From Candidatus Hydrogenedens sp. (GTDB lineage Bacteria; Hydrogenedentota; Hydrogenedentia; Hydrogenedentales; Hydrogenedentaceae): 64,000 nt of DNA. This document shows, in pieces, positions 10,764-20,789 of the stretch. Position 1 is the first letter of the stretch. Every line of letters begins with the position of its first letter. The stretch is taken from NCBI GenBank assembly GCA_049968235.1, contig JBMFRC010000008.1, positions 1 through 64,000 on the forward strand, read 5' to 3'. A program made the position numbers and the translations under genes. The notes beneath the pieces were generated by a model, which was not told where the DNA came from, did no database searches, and saw only the letters and a program-made list of their open reading frames with translations.

Positions 10764-12377
10764 TTAGTCACGTGTCCATACCGTAAGGTTCTTTAAATCT
10801 CTTGGTTTCTCGGGTAATAGAGTAATTGCTAAAACATACGCAATAATAAAGATGATAATATTTCCGGTTAATCCAGCGTAATAGGTATCCATCGGCTGAG
10901 CAAAGAATTTACTCACACCTTCGGGCAAACCCAAGTTCATAAATAAATCTTTCGTAATTAACTTTAATTCGATTAATGATATATATGTGGAAAATAATAC
11001 AGTAAAAATAATACCCACAGATACTGCCCTTCCATCTCCGCGTCGGGTCATAAATCCTAAAACATATAGCCCCAAAAGTCCTCCACCTGTGATTGATGCG
11101 AGTTTTGTTGCCGTATCTTGCAATGTTTTGCTTTCGGCTATCAAAAGAAGAAACGCCCCTCCAATCATAATTAAAGAACTAATGATGGATATTGTTTTTG
11201 CCGCCCATACATAATGCTGGTCTGAACGCCCTTTTGCAAAATGCCGTTTATATATATCCACGATACTAACCGCCGAAATAGCATTGATACTGGAAGACAA
11301 AGAAGACATCGCTGCTGCAAGAACACCTGCAATTACTAAGCCTGAAAGTCCCGTCGGTAATACTTTAATCACAAAATAGGGCAATATTTGTTCTGCTTTT
11401 GCCTGTCCTGTTAACATTGCTTGAGCCTGTGGGTCTGGAAAAATCTTATAATACACATACAAACTTGTCCCAAGGAACATAAAAAAGCCCCATGTTGGCA
11501 CACTACACAGACAGCATATCCAGATAGCACTGAAAGCATCCTTTTCACTCTTCGTTGCGACATATTTTTGTATTACATTCTGATTACTGCTATATTCTGT
11601 CAACCATTGGGCAACTCCCATAATAAGAATCATAAGTATTGTCTTTTCTGAAAGGGAAAAGCCCCATCTTGCAGGTTCTAAAGCACCCGTAGCAGGATTT
11701 AAATCTCCTAACATGAACTTTCCATCCGCTATAGCTTCGCGAATAACGGTTCCCAGCCCACCGGGGATACTATATAAAACCATTCCTAAACATATAAAAC
11801 CACCCGCCCATAATAGAAACGACTGTATAAAATCCGTCCAGATAACCGCTTCAATACCACCTAATACAGTATAGAAGGATGTAACAACCCCTCCAATAAG
11901 AACACATAAATACGGATTCAGGTGTGTCATTTCATAAACAAGCAAACTTACAAGGTACAGAATTAAACTAATTCGAATTAATTGCCCAATAACGAAGGCG
12001 GTCGCCGCATAAGCACGGGTTCCGGGACCAAACCGCCCTTCAAGATATTCAAAAGCAGATACAATCCCTGCTTTACGGTAAAAAGGTAGAAATATCAAAC
12101 TGGCTAAATACACACCTACCGGAAGCATAAGACATAATAAAAAGCGTAAATATGCTGTTTTATACGCATCCGCCGGATAAGCTACAAAAGTAATAGAACT
12201 GATACTTGTTGCGAACATAGACAAACCAATAAGCCAGCCGGGATATGACCTCCCTCCGAGAAAATAACCTTCCGTACTTTTCCCACGATAGGCAAAAAGA
12301 GGACCCATTCCTGCCATAGCCAAAAAATATACTACCAATACAATCCAGTCAATTAAAGTAAATTGAGACATGAACAC
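10764..12377 (-). CDS. Sodium:solute symporter family (SSF) transporter
   Basis: 537-aa polytopic membrane protein with about 13 hydrophobic segments and SSF-like N-terminal organisation. Confidence 0.75.
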   Translation of the reverse strand: MFMSQFTLIDWIVLVVYFLAMAGMGPLFAYRGKSTEGYFLGGRSYPGWLIGLSMFATSISSITFVAYPADAYKTAYLRFLLCLMLPVGVYLASLIFLPFYRKAGIVSAFEYLEGRFGPGTRAYAATAFVIGQLIRISLILYLVSLLVYEMTHLNPYLCVLIGGVVTSFYTVLGGIEAVIWTDFIQSFLLWAGGFICLGMVLYSIPGGLGTVIREAIADGKFMLGDLNPATGALEPARWGFSLSEKTILMILIMGVAQWLTEYSSNQNVIQKYVATKSEKDAFSAIWICCLCSVPTWGFFMFLGTSLYVYYKIFPDPQAQAMLTGQAKAEQILPYFVIKVLPTGLSGLVIAGVLAAAMSSLSSSINAISAVSIVDIYKRHFAKGRSDQHYVWAAKTISIISSLIMIGGAFLLLIAESKTLQDTATKLASITGGGLLGLYVLGFMTRRGDGRAVSVGIIFTVLFSTYISLIELKLITKDLFMNLGLPEGVSKFFAQPMDTYYAGLTGNIIIFIIAYVLAITLLPEKPRDLKNLTVWTRD

Positions 12378-12677
12378 CTCCTTACAAAATCTACAATTAA
12401 TATTTAATAACTAAAAAAAAATTTTTTTATGCAGAATATCTAATTACTTTACATACTTTTAATCATTCAAGGCAAATAAACAACACACTACATTTCCAGA
12501 AAAATTACAGACTGCCAACAAAACAAATGACTAAATGTGTCCGATATCGAGAGGTTGTAAAATGATGGATTAAAAGAGGGCTTAAAAAAGGACGGACTTT
12601 CATTATACTATATTCGTATTTTCTCCGCAGGACTCTTGTTGTTTAACGCTCGTTGCTTATGGACGTAATTATATCAT

Positions 12678-12962
12678 TAAATATACTCGTTCAATTTATA
12701 CATCAATTTGTTGTAATCAGTAAAATAATGTTGTTTTAATAGTTCTGCAATTCTACCATTGAAGCGTTCGACTAATCCATTCGTTTTGGGTGTATAGGAA
12801 CGAGTCAGACGATGTTCTACACCGAGTTCCTGATAGCGATGGTCGAAGATATGTTTACCGGAGGGCTGTTTTTTACCCCGTCAGAAGCGGTCTGTAAATT
12901 CCTTGCCGTTTTCGGTCAAAACGGTACGAATTGGATAGGGATAGAGTGCACTCACTTCCTCT
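12678..12962 (-). mobile_element. Remnant of an IS transposase (integrase-core / rve DDE domain, IS481/IS3-like C-terminal part). It has an internal stop and is truncated.
   Basis: The minus strand translates to ...IRTVLTENGKEFTDRF*RGKKQPSGKHIFDHRYQELGVEHRLTRSYTPKTNGLVERFNGRIAELLKQHYF... This is the classic TDNGxEF ... HxxTxPYxPQTNGxVERFN signature, broken by a TGA. It sits in a 950-bp gap with no intact ORF. Confidence 0.6.
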
Positions 12963-13333
12963 AAAAATGCTTTTTATTTCTCTACACTCTGCTCATACTT
13001 TAGATCTAACATTGTTCGTAGTTTATGCGGTTGTAATGATTTATCTGTTAAGTCCTCTCACTTCTTTTACTTTCACATTATCTTCGTGCATATATACAAC
13101 TATTTCAAAAGTGCTTTCATAGGTTCTTTCGATTCTTTAATTACATTTTGCATTTGCAGGGTAGTCCTTGCATTTGGGTGATACTTCATTGCGGGTATAT
13201 CTTTCCCCCTCTTACTTTTCGAATATTATCCGTTTTATCCTACCTCTTATCCATAGATACTTATTAGAACATACCTTGCATCCTGTTGATATTATACATG
13301 TGGAAAATAACTTAATACTATTTCTCAAGTTCT

Positions 13334-14497
13334 TTATAAGGGAGGGACTTTAAGCCATCTTCGTTCCTGCCAGCTTTGATATGCCAGTTCTGCTAATTGG
13401 ACGCCTTTTGCTCCTTCCAATAAATTCCATGGAAATAGACTATCTTCTACGACATGAAGTAAGAACAATTTCCACTGTGCCTTAAAGGCATTATCGTAAT
13501 TCGCTCTATCAGGAACTTTTATCCATCCTTCATAAAAATTGATAGGTTGTGGAATATCTGGGTTCCACACGGGTTTGGGAGTGCTTCCTGCAGGTTGTAT
13601 GTAACATTCTCTAAGACCCGCAACCGCAGAACCGTTTATCCCATCTACCTGTACAGTCAGCAGGTCATCCCTGCGAACACGTGTGCACCATGATGAATTA
13701 AAATGGCAAATGGCTCCTTTCTCCGTTAGAAAAGTAGTATAAGTAGCATCTTCTACATCGCACATATAGGGTTTGCCTGTCTCATCCCATCGCTGAGGAA
13801 TATGTGTCATTCCTATACAATTGACATCCGTAATGGTTCCGAAAAGATTATCCACCAGATAACGCCAATGGCATACCATATCTTGAATAATTCCACCACC
13901 TTCAGATTTTTTATAATTCCAGGAAGGTCGCTGAGCAGGCTCAAATTCGCCTGTAAATACCCAATAGCCAAATTCACCACGAACCTCGTGTATTTTCCCA
14001 AAAAAGTCCTGACGAATTAGTTGGGATAGTTTTATTATACCGGGTAGCCAGAGTTTATCCTGGACAACGCCATGCTTTACCTTCTTCTCTTCCGCAAGTT
14101 TATACAATTCTATTGCCTGGGATAGATTTGAAGCGGAAGGCTTTTCACAATATACATGTTTACCAGCAAGGATTGCCTTTTTCACGGAGGTATATCGTAA
14201 ACCTGTTGTTTGGGCATCGAAATAGATTATATATTTTGGGTCCGATAGCACATTATCCAAATCTGTAGACCATGGCAATCCCGAGTATTTTTCAGAAATT
14301 TCTGATAGTTTTTGTTCATTTCTACCTACAAGAATAATTTCAGGGATTATCTTTTTCCCATCTCTCGTTATTAAACCTCCTTCTTGTATTAGAGCCATTA
14401 AAGAACGTTCCAAATGTTGGTTTTTTCCCATTCTCCCTGTTACACCATTCATTATAATGCCAATCCGAATAGTATTCATTTTTATCTCTCCTTTCAT
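13334..14497 (-). CDS. Gfo/Idh/MocA-family NAD(P)-dependent oxidoreductase
   Basis: N-terminal IRIGIIMNGVTGRMG Rossmann motif, 387 aa, consistent with the family fold. Confidence 0.8.
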   Translation of the reverse strand: MKGEIKMNTIRIGIIMNGVTGRMGKNQHLERSLMALIQEGGLITRDGKKIIPEIILVGRNEQKLSEISEKYSGLPWSTDLDNVLSDPKYIIYFDAQTTGLRYTSVKKAILAGKHVYCEKPSASNLSQAIELYKLAEEKKVKHGVVQDKLWLPGIIKLSQLIRQDFFGKIHEVRGEFGYWVFTGEFEPAQRPSWNYKKSEGGGIIQDMVCHWRYLVDNLFGTITDVNCIGMTHIPQRWDETGKPYMCDVEDATYTTFLTEKGAICHFNSSWCTRVRRDDLLTVQVDGINGSAVAGLRECYIQPAGSTPKPVWNPDIPQPINFYEGWIKVPDRANYDNAFKAQWKLFLLHVVEDSLFPWNLLEGAKGVQLAELAYQSWQERRWLKVPPL

Positions 14498-15198
14498 TAT
14501 TTTTCATTATTCCCATTATAACTATTATTGTTTGTAGAAGCAGGGTCTTGAGATTTTTTTTTAGGTCGTTTGCCAGCACCCGGATAAAGTTCATGGAACT
14601 GGTCCCGATAAATTTCGCGTATCCGTGACCATAGAAAATGCACCAACAAATTTCGCAGTTCAATTGGATTGTTTATGAAACGAACACCTATCCTTAAAGA
14701 GACCCCCAATCGAGGATTTGGTGGAATTTTGCGGACGATTACTCCATTAAATATATAGACACGTCCATTCATGGGAAGATAGATTCGCAGAGGATTTGTT
14801 AATGGCAACAGATGTTCTACTGCTAAATAAGCACCTGTGCTACTTATGTCTAATAGGGTCGCTTCAAAGGGGATTCGATTCTCTCCATATTCTATACGGA
14901 CTGGTTCATTTGCCACAATGCGCCATGCCTGTCGTCGTTCAATATAAGTTCGGCTGGCAGCCCGCCGTAGGAAAAGAATATCGTTAAACTGACGTGGTAT
15001 ATTAAGAGTAAAGTAATAATATGTCATGCGGAATAATTCATATTGCACCTGTAAATCAATATAAACCCCCGGACCGATAGGTTCTTCCAGGGGATAGCGT
15101 ATTGATACCCAGTCACTACCTATTTCACTGATAACCACAGGAACAGCCCATTGCCCCCATATAAATTGAACCTCTGTTCCCTCAGTTATTATATACAT
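14497..15198 (-). CDS. PilZ-domain (c-di-GMP-binding, YcgR-like) protein
   Basis: An RxxxR motif (RRQAWR) is followed by a D-x-S-x-x-G motif (LLDISSTGAYL). There is a 1-nt overlap with the downstream oxidoreductase gene. Confidence 0.6.
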   Translation of the reverse strand: MYIITEGTEVQFIWGQWAVPVVISEIGSDWVSIRYPLEEPIGPGVYIDLQVQYELFRMTYYYFTLNIPRQFNDILFLRRAASRTYIERRQAWRIVANEPVRIEYGENRIPFEATLLDISSTGAYLAVEHLLPLTNPLRIYLPMNGRVYIFNGVIVRKIPPNPRLGVSLRIGVRFINNPIELRNLLVHFLWSRIREIYRDQFHELYPGAGKRPKKKSQDPASTNNNSYNGNNEK

Positions 15199-15204
15199 TC
15201 GCTT

Positions 15205-16593
15205 TTATCCACTTATATTTGTAAATTGTTGGTTTGCAAAAAAATTCCATGTTTGTTTCCCCTGAGCAGATTGCCATATCCATAACAGTAATTCCATAAG
15301 ATGGTAATCTCCCCACAGACATGACTCTCCACAGGGAATATTTCGTCCCGGCGGGATATAATCCCATCCATTAGGGCGATGATATACCGCATGTAATAAT
15401 AAACCTTCATGATTCGCATCTGTGGACAGAAAATCTCGAAGTAAGATTGTTTTGGTTACTGTTAATCCTGCCTGGTAATATTTCTTACCATCATTGTTCT
15501 TCCCGAGATAAGAACCTAACCGAAGAAGTGCCTGAGCAGAGATAACTGCAGAAGAACTATCTAAAGGCTCTATATCATTATAAGGGTCTGCAGGAAATTG
15601 TTGATATTTACCTATATAAGTTAATCCGGGGGCACCGGTATCCCAAAAAGGAATTCCATCACTTGTGGTATGTTCTATATAAAAATCGGCTGTAGCCATA
15701 GCCGACTGCTTTAACAAATATAACCAATCTCTATTCTGCGTATAATTTTCCCATAAATGACATGGTAAAGAAGTAAAAAATTCTAATTGTTCTACACATC
15801 CTAACATTGCCCATGCCAGACCGCGTGTCCATGTACTAAAAGGAGAATATCCCTGCTGGGTAGAGGCACAACGGAATTTCCCTGTCTTTACATTGAATAG
15901 ACATTCATGAGCAACCCTTCCACGTACATCATATATATCCCGACCATTTCCAAAATAAATGTTATATTTTATAGTATTCTGTATATGCTGTATGGCTCGT
16001 TCCAATAAAGAGATTTCCTCATCACCTTCTGACTTTAATACCTGACCCAATATCCATGCCAATTCAAGGACACGGCATGTGCGTATTGTATCTACAAATA
16101 AAGAATGAGCACCATTGAAAGAATGTATAAATCCCGTTCCATCTTCAATTTTTGTCCAGCGATTACCCTGAACCGCCCCCGAAACACGAATGGCTAATTG
16201 ATACCGCTCCAATTCTTCCTGACTACAGGGATAATATCCCTGTAAACCCATTCGCCATAAATGACCATACGAAGAAAGAATATTAAAACCGTGGTCATGC
16301 ACTCCTGTATGTGTCAGATAAGAGTCCAATTTATAAACATTATTTTGAACTTTCTCTAATAATGATTGTTCTCTGGTCATTTCGTATAAAAGTAATGGTA
16401 TCCCATAAAGAAACCCACGGGTCCATTCTGTCCATCCCCAGGAGTTGTATTTTCCCGCCTTTGTAAATACAGGTGATGTCTCCTGATTTGACCAATAGTC
16501 AAAAAGGGAATCCACCTTATATTTTGCAACCGGCAAGAAAAGTTGTATTATCGGAACAAGTTCTTGTTCTATGAGAGAATCCTCGACTTCCAT
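15205..16593 (-). CDS. (alpha/alpha)6-barrel glycoside hydrolase, GH88/GH105-like unsaturated glycuronyl hydrolase
   Basis: N-terminal SWGWTEWTRGFLYGIPLLLYEMTRE resembles the conserved W-x-W-x-x-GF...Y-E-T-G block of GH88. Confidence 0.5.
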   Translation of the reverse strand: MEVEDSLIEQELVPIIQLFLPVAKYKVDSLFDYWSNQETSPVFTKAGKYNSWGWTEWTRGFLYGIPLLLYEMTREQSLLEKVQNNVYKLDSYLTHTGVHDHGFNILSSYGHLWRMGLQGYYPCSQEELERYQLAIRVSGAVQGNRWTKIEDGTGFIHSFNGAHSLFVDTIRTCRVLELAWILGQVLKSEGDEEISLLERAIQHIQNTIKYNIYFGNGRDIYDVRGRVAHECLFNVKTGKFRCASTQQGYSPFSTWTRGLAWAMLGCVEQLEFFTSLPCHLWENYTQNRDWLYLLKQSAMATADFYIEHTTSDGIPFWDTGAPGLTYIGKYQQFPADPYNDIEPLDSSSAVISAQALLRLGSYLGKNNDGKKYYQAGLTVTKTILLRDFLSTDANHEGLLLHAVYHRPNGWDYIPPGRNIPCGESCLWGDYHLMELLLWIWQSAQGKQTWNFFANQQFTNISG

Positions 16594-16725
16594 AAGCTTA
16601 TAATCTTATTATATGATTACAATCTATCTTAACATGATAAAATATCCATATAATAAAATATTATTCTATTAAATGTACGCTACGCAAAGTGTTAATCGGG
16701 CATATTAAACAGAAACACGTGTGAC

Positions 16726-19377
16726 ATGGAAAACAAAGAAAAGGATAACTGGCTTAAAATTACAGACATTATACCGGAACGTGCAACGCCGATGTTACGG
16801 CAATATCTTCGTGCCAAAGCAGAATGCGGTGATTCCCTATTATTATTCCACATGGGCGATTTTTTTGAAATGTTCTTTGATGATGCTTTTGAAGCCTCTC
16901 GTATTTTAGGAATAGCCCTGACATCGAGAGATGGGGAAAGTAAAGAGGGGAAGGTACCCATGTGTGGTGTACCAGTACGTTCTGTTAATCATTATCTCGC
17001 ACGATTAATAAAAGCCGGGAAGACAGTAACTATATGTGAACAGGTCGAGGACCCTAAATTAGCAAAAGGGATTGTAAAGCGTGCTATTGTGCGAACCGTT
17101 ACACCAGGGACTATTATTGAACCTGAACTTCTGGAAGAAGGAGCGAACAACTATTTATCTGCATTATGTGTCGGTGAACGGAAAGCAGGACTTGCCCTTG
17201 TAGATATAAGTACCGGACAATTTCTGGCTTCTGAATTACCTCCCCCCTATGAACGAACCCTATCCGATGAATTGACACGACTAACTATTTCCGAATTACT
17301 TATTTCTGAAAATATGGGGAAGGAAATGGGACAATTTCTCTTCTCTTCTTTTCCCAATCTAACAATTACACGAATTCCTCACGATAAATTTGATACAGAA
17401 TTATGCACAGAAACCATCCTTCGTTACTATGGTTTATCAACACTTCGCGGATTAGATATGGAGAGTAATGCAGAACTTATATCTGCAGTAGGGGTAATCC
17501 TTCAATATGTATCACAAACTCAGCGTGAATCCACACCATTTATTGACCTGCCACGAATTTATAAACCTTCCGATTTTGTTATTCTGGATAGCAACACACA
17601 AAGAAATCTCGAACTAACAGAATCCCTTTTTGACCGCACAAAACAGGGAACTTTATTAGGGGTGTTGGACCGAACTCTTACGCCGATGGGTTCGCGAAAA
17701 TTGCGACAGTGGATACATTATCCCTTACAAAAAATAGATGAAATATCTCAGCGGTTAAATGCAGTTGAAGAATTGAAAGACAATGTAGAATTACGAACCT
17801 TATTAAGAGAACAATTAAAAGGTTTCGGCGATTTGGAACGGCTCCTTGGGCGAATAACTGCACAAACAACGAACCCGCGAGATATAAGGGCATTATCTCA
17901 TTGCTTAAAAACATTACCCCGTTTACGAATACCTTTAGAAACTTGTTCATCTGAATTTTTGAAGAATATACACAACAGTATAAATGAACTTCCCGAACTG
18001 GTTCGTTATATCGAGAATGCCATCGTAGAATCACCTCCTTCATCGCTTGGTGATGGTGGAATTATTAAGGATGGCTATAATGCGCAGTTAGACCATCTTC
18101 GTTCATTAATGCGAGGTGGGCGTGAATGGATTGCCACCCTTCAAAAGAAAGAACGCGAACGCACAGGTATCCAAACACTAAAAATTGGGTATAACAAAGT
18201 ATTCGGATATTTCATTGAGGTTAGCAAAGGACAAACCTCTTTTGTTCCATCAGACTATATTCGTAAACAAACACTTGTTAATGCGGAGAGGTATGTAACA
18301 CCGGAACTTAAATCTCGTGAAGAAGAAATACTTACTGCTCAGGAACGAAGTGTTGCTCTCGAAGAAGAACTGTTTATAGAAGTTCGCAATCATATCTCGG
18401 AAGAAGCCAAACGAATCCAGCGAAATTCCGAATCTGTTGCCCTGCTCGATGTACTTCTGTCTCTGGCAGAGGTTGCCAGTTCTCAGAACTATACGAAACC
18501 ACAGGTAAATTCTTCTGATGAGATTGATATAGTTGGAGGAAGACATCCCGTTATTGAAACATTACTAAGCCCTGGCTCTTTTGTCCCAAACGATACTTAT
18601 TTGAACACACATGATAGAAGGCTTATGATAGTTACCGGCCCAAATATGGCAGGGAAATCCACCTATTTACGGCAGGTAGCATTAATCACACTCATGGCTC
18701 AAATAGGCAGTTTTGTCCCTGCAGAGAAAGCAAAAATTGGTGTAGTAGACCGAATCTACACTCGCGTGGGAGCATCGGACAATCTTGCGCGGGGTGAAAG
18801 CACCTTTATGGTAGAAATGATTGAGACTGCAAATATTTTAAATACCGCAACACATCGCAGTCTATTGGTATTAGACGAAATAGGTAGAGGTACCAGCACT
18901 TATGATGGTATTAGTATTGCATGGGCAGTCGCGGAGTACATCCATGACCGAATAAAGGCACGGGCTTTGTTCGCTACTCATTATCACGAACTTACAGAAT
19001 TGACGAAATCACTGCATGGTGCGGTAAATACCAATGTAGGCGTAAGGGAATATAAAGATAGAATTGTGTTTTTATATCGTTTGTTTGAAGGGTCTGCTGA
19101 CCATAGCTATGGTATTCATGTGGCAAAGTTAGCAGGTCTTCCCCCGCATGTAATTCGTCGCTCCCACGAAATTATGGATTCTCTTGAAAGTGGTCAATTT
19201 GGAAACAAAGAAGAAACCCAACAACTCCTCCTCTTTGATACTCAAGAAAAACATATCCCCTCCCCTATAGAGGAAGAATTAAACAAAATTGACCCGGACC
19301 AACTTTCTCCTCGAGAAGCCTTAGATATTCTCTATCACTTGAAACGGATGTTGAATACCCCCAGACATCAGAAATAA
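16726..19377 (+). CDS. mutS: DNA mismatch repair protein MutS
   Basis: Walker A GPNMAGKSTYLRQ, the STFMVEM motif, and a MutS N-terminal mismatch-binding region. 883 aa. Confidence 0.95.
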   Translation: MENKEKDNWLKITDIIPERATPMLRQYLRAKAECGDSLLLFHMGDFFEMFFDDAFEASRILGIALTSRDGESKEGKVPMCGVPVRSVNHYLARLIKAGKTVTICEQVEDPKLAKGIVKRAIVRTVTPGTIIEPELLEEGANNYLSALCVGERKAGLALVDISTGQFLASELPPPYERTLSDELTRLTISELLISENMGKEMGQFLFSSFPNLTITRIPHDKFDTELCTETILRYYGLSTLRGLDMESNAELISAVGVILQYVSQTQRESTPFIDLPRIYKPSDFVILDSNTQRNLELTESLFDRTKQGTLLGVLDRTLTPMGSRKLRQWIHYPLQKIDEISQRLNAVEELKDNVELRTLLREQLKGFGDLERLLGRITAQTTNPRDIRALSHCLKTLPRLRIPLETCSSEFLKNIHNSINELPELVRYIENAIVESPPSSLGDGGIIKDGYNAQLDHLRSLMRGGREWIATLQKKERERTGIQTLKIGYNKVFGYFIEVSKGQTSFVPSDYIRKQTLVNAERYVTPELKSREEEILTAQERSVALEEELFIEVRNHISEEAKRIQRNSESVALLDVLLSLAEVASSQNYTKPQVNSSDEIDIVGGRHPVIETLLSPGSFVPNDTYLNTHDRRLMIVTGPNMAGKSTYLRQVALITLMAQIGSFVPAEKAKIGVVDRIYTRVGASDNLARGESTFMVEMIETANILNTATHRSLLVLDEIGRGTSTYDGISIAWAVAEYIHDRIKARALFATHYHELTELTKSLHGAVNTNVGVREYKDRIVFLYRLFEGSADHSYGIHVAKLAGLPPHVIRRSHEIMDSLESGQFGNKEETQQLLLFDTQEKHIPSPIEEELNKIDPDQLSPREALDILYHLKRMLNTPRHQK

Positions 19378-20789
19378 ATTACGGTAGATAGATAAAACAA
19401 ATGCTGGTCAACATCCGCATCCGTTGCTACAAATCCGAAAGTATCCTTCCGGACATCGTTCCCCCAACGATATACATAGGCTGCATCAATATTAATACGG
19501 TTCTTTATAAGACACCCGGCACCTAATGTAATCCCATAATAATTGTCCACAGAACCATCTCCTTTTCCAAGACCAAACCAGCGGTCAGGTCTTCCGCTGG
19601 AAGGCTCCGGGTCATAAAAGGCACCTACACGAACACTTGGCAAAAGGGATTGTCTCGGTTTGTTCGGATTAAAGAATAAATACTCCGCACCTATCCGAAC
19701 AGTATAAGTAGCATCATGAGGGCTCCAATCCACAGGTAAATTAGATATTCCTGAACGCTTACGCATGAGCCAATTCCGATTTTCCGGGTCATGAATAACA
19801 AACTGGTCCCATTCGCAACGGGTAACATCAAAACTTAATGTCAATTTGTCATTAGGAAAACGATAAGCCACACCGATACCATACGAAGTAGGGAATGTAT
19901 ATTTCAGAGGTCTATGGCTATAGAAAAATCCCGGGAAGCCCACGCCTCGATTGATAATCCACCATTCTTCATAATCCACATCTGCAGTAAATTTTGAATG
20001 ATATACCGCCCCAATTTGCCATCTTTCACCGAGACGATACAAAGCCCCTAACGTAATATTCGTTCCTTCAAAATCGCGATATTTCTTTCGTATAACGGTA
20101 TGAGAAAAGGAAGCACGGTTTGTCTGTCCATTAATATTTAATGTTCGATATTCTTCCTGGTCTACAGTCCATTCATTATTTTGTATTAATGACTGATTCC
20201 AGAGATTTAGCACAATACCTACGGACAATCGGTTGGTTAGTTCAAAACCCAATGCAGGGGATAGCGTTGCCAATTGACCACTTTGTTTATATTTTACAAG
20301 CGAGTGTAAACCTGCTCTATTTCCTAATGCTAAAGCAGATATATCGCGATAAAAGAAATCCAGTTCCCGGGAAAAATCATACTTTGCCTGATAATTCAAA
20401 CTTAATACAAGATTGCGACCCTTAATAGTTCTCTGGAATGGATATACGAAACTCATGTAATTCAATTGGCTAAAATCAACTGAATAATCACCCTCTAATT
20501 CCGGATGGGGTAGAGATTGAAAACCTTCACCGATATATTTATAGGTATAGACCATAGAAAATTCCGGGCGTTCCAATTGCGTTAAACCGCCGGGATTCCA
20601 TGAAGCGGAAGTTGCATCATCTGCGATGGCAATAAAAGCGCCACCCATACCGATGGCACGAGCACCACTACCTATTACATTCGGAGAAGAATTAATCGGT
20701 ATGCCCTGTGACCATCCGTCATAGGTGGGAAAGCCGATTGTTAGTAAAAAAATGATACTACATAGTAATTGAAGGAAGACCTTTTTCAA
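19368..20789 (-). CDS. Outer-membrane beta-barrel protein (signal peptide, alternating amphipathic strands, C-terminal aromatic residue)
   Basis: N-terminal signal MKKVFLQLLCSIIFLL, and the protein ends ...LSTVIYF. It overlaps the upstream lipoprotein gene by 32 nt. Confidence 0.5.
   Translation of the reverse strand: MKKVFLQLLCSIIFLLTIGFPTYDGWSQGIPINSSPNVIGSGARAIGMGGAFIAIADDATSASWNPGGLTQLERPEFSMVYTYKYIGEGFQSLPHPELEGDYSVDFSQLNYMSFVYPFQRTIKGRNLVLSLNYQAKYDFSRELDFFYRDISALALGNRAGLHSLVKYKQSGQLATLSPALGFELTNRLSVGIVLNLWNQSLIQNNEWTVDQEEYRTLNINGQTNRASFSHTVIRKKYRDFEGTNITLGALYRLGERWQIGAVYHSKFTADVDYEEWWIINRGVGFPGFFYSHRPLKYTFPTSYGIGVAYRFPNDKLTLSFDVTRCEWDQFVIHDPENRNWLMRKRSGISNLPVDWSPHDATYTVRIGAEYLFFNPNKPRQSLLPSVRVGAFYDPEPSSGRPDRWFGLGKGDGSVDNYYGITLGAGCLIKNRINIDAAYVYRWGNDVRKDTFGFVATDADVDQHLFYLSTVIYF

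Noticed and set aside
12931-13353. Small plus-strand ORFs (63 and 61 aa) in the IS-scar gap
   Set aside because: They lie in degraded non-coding DNA next to the transposase remnant. They have no RBS and no similarity to anything recognisable.
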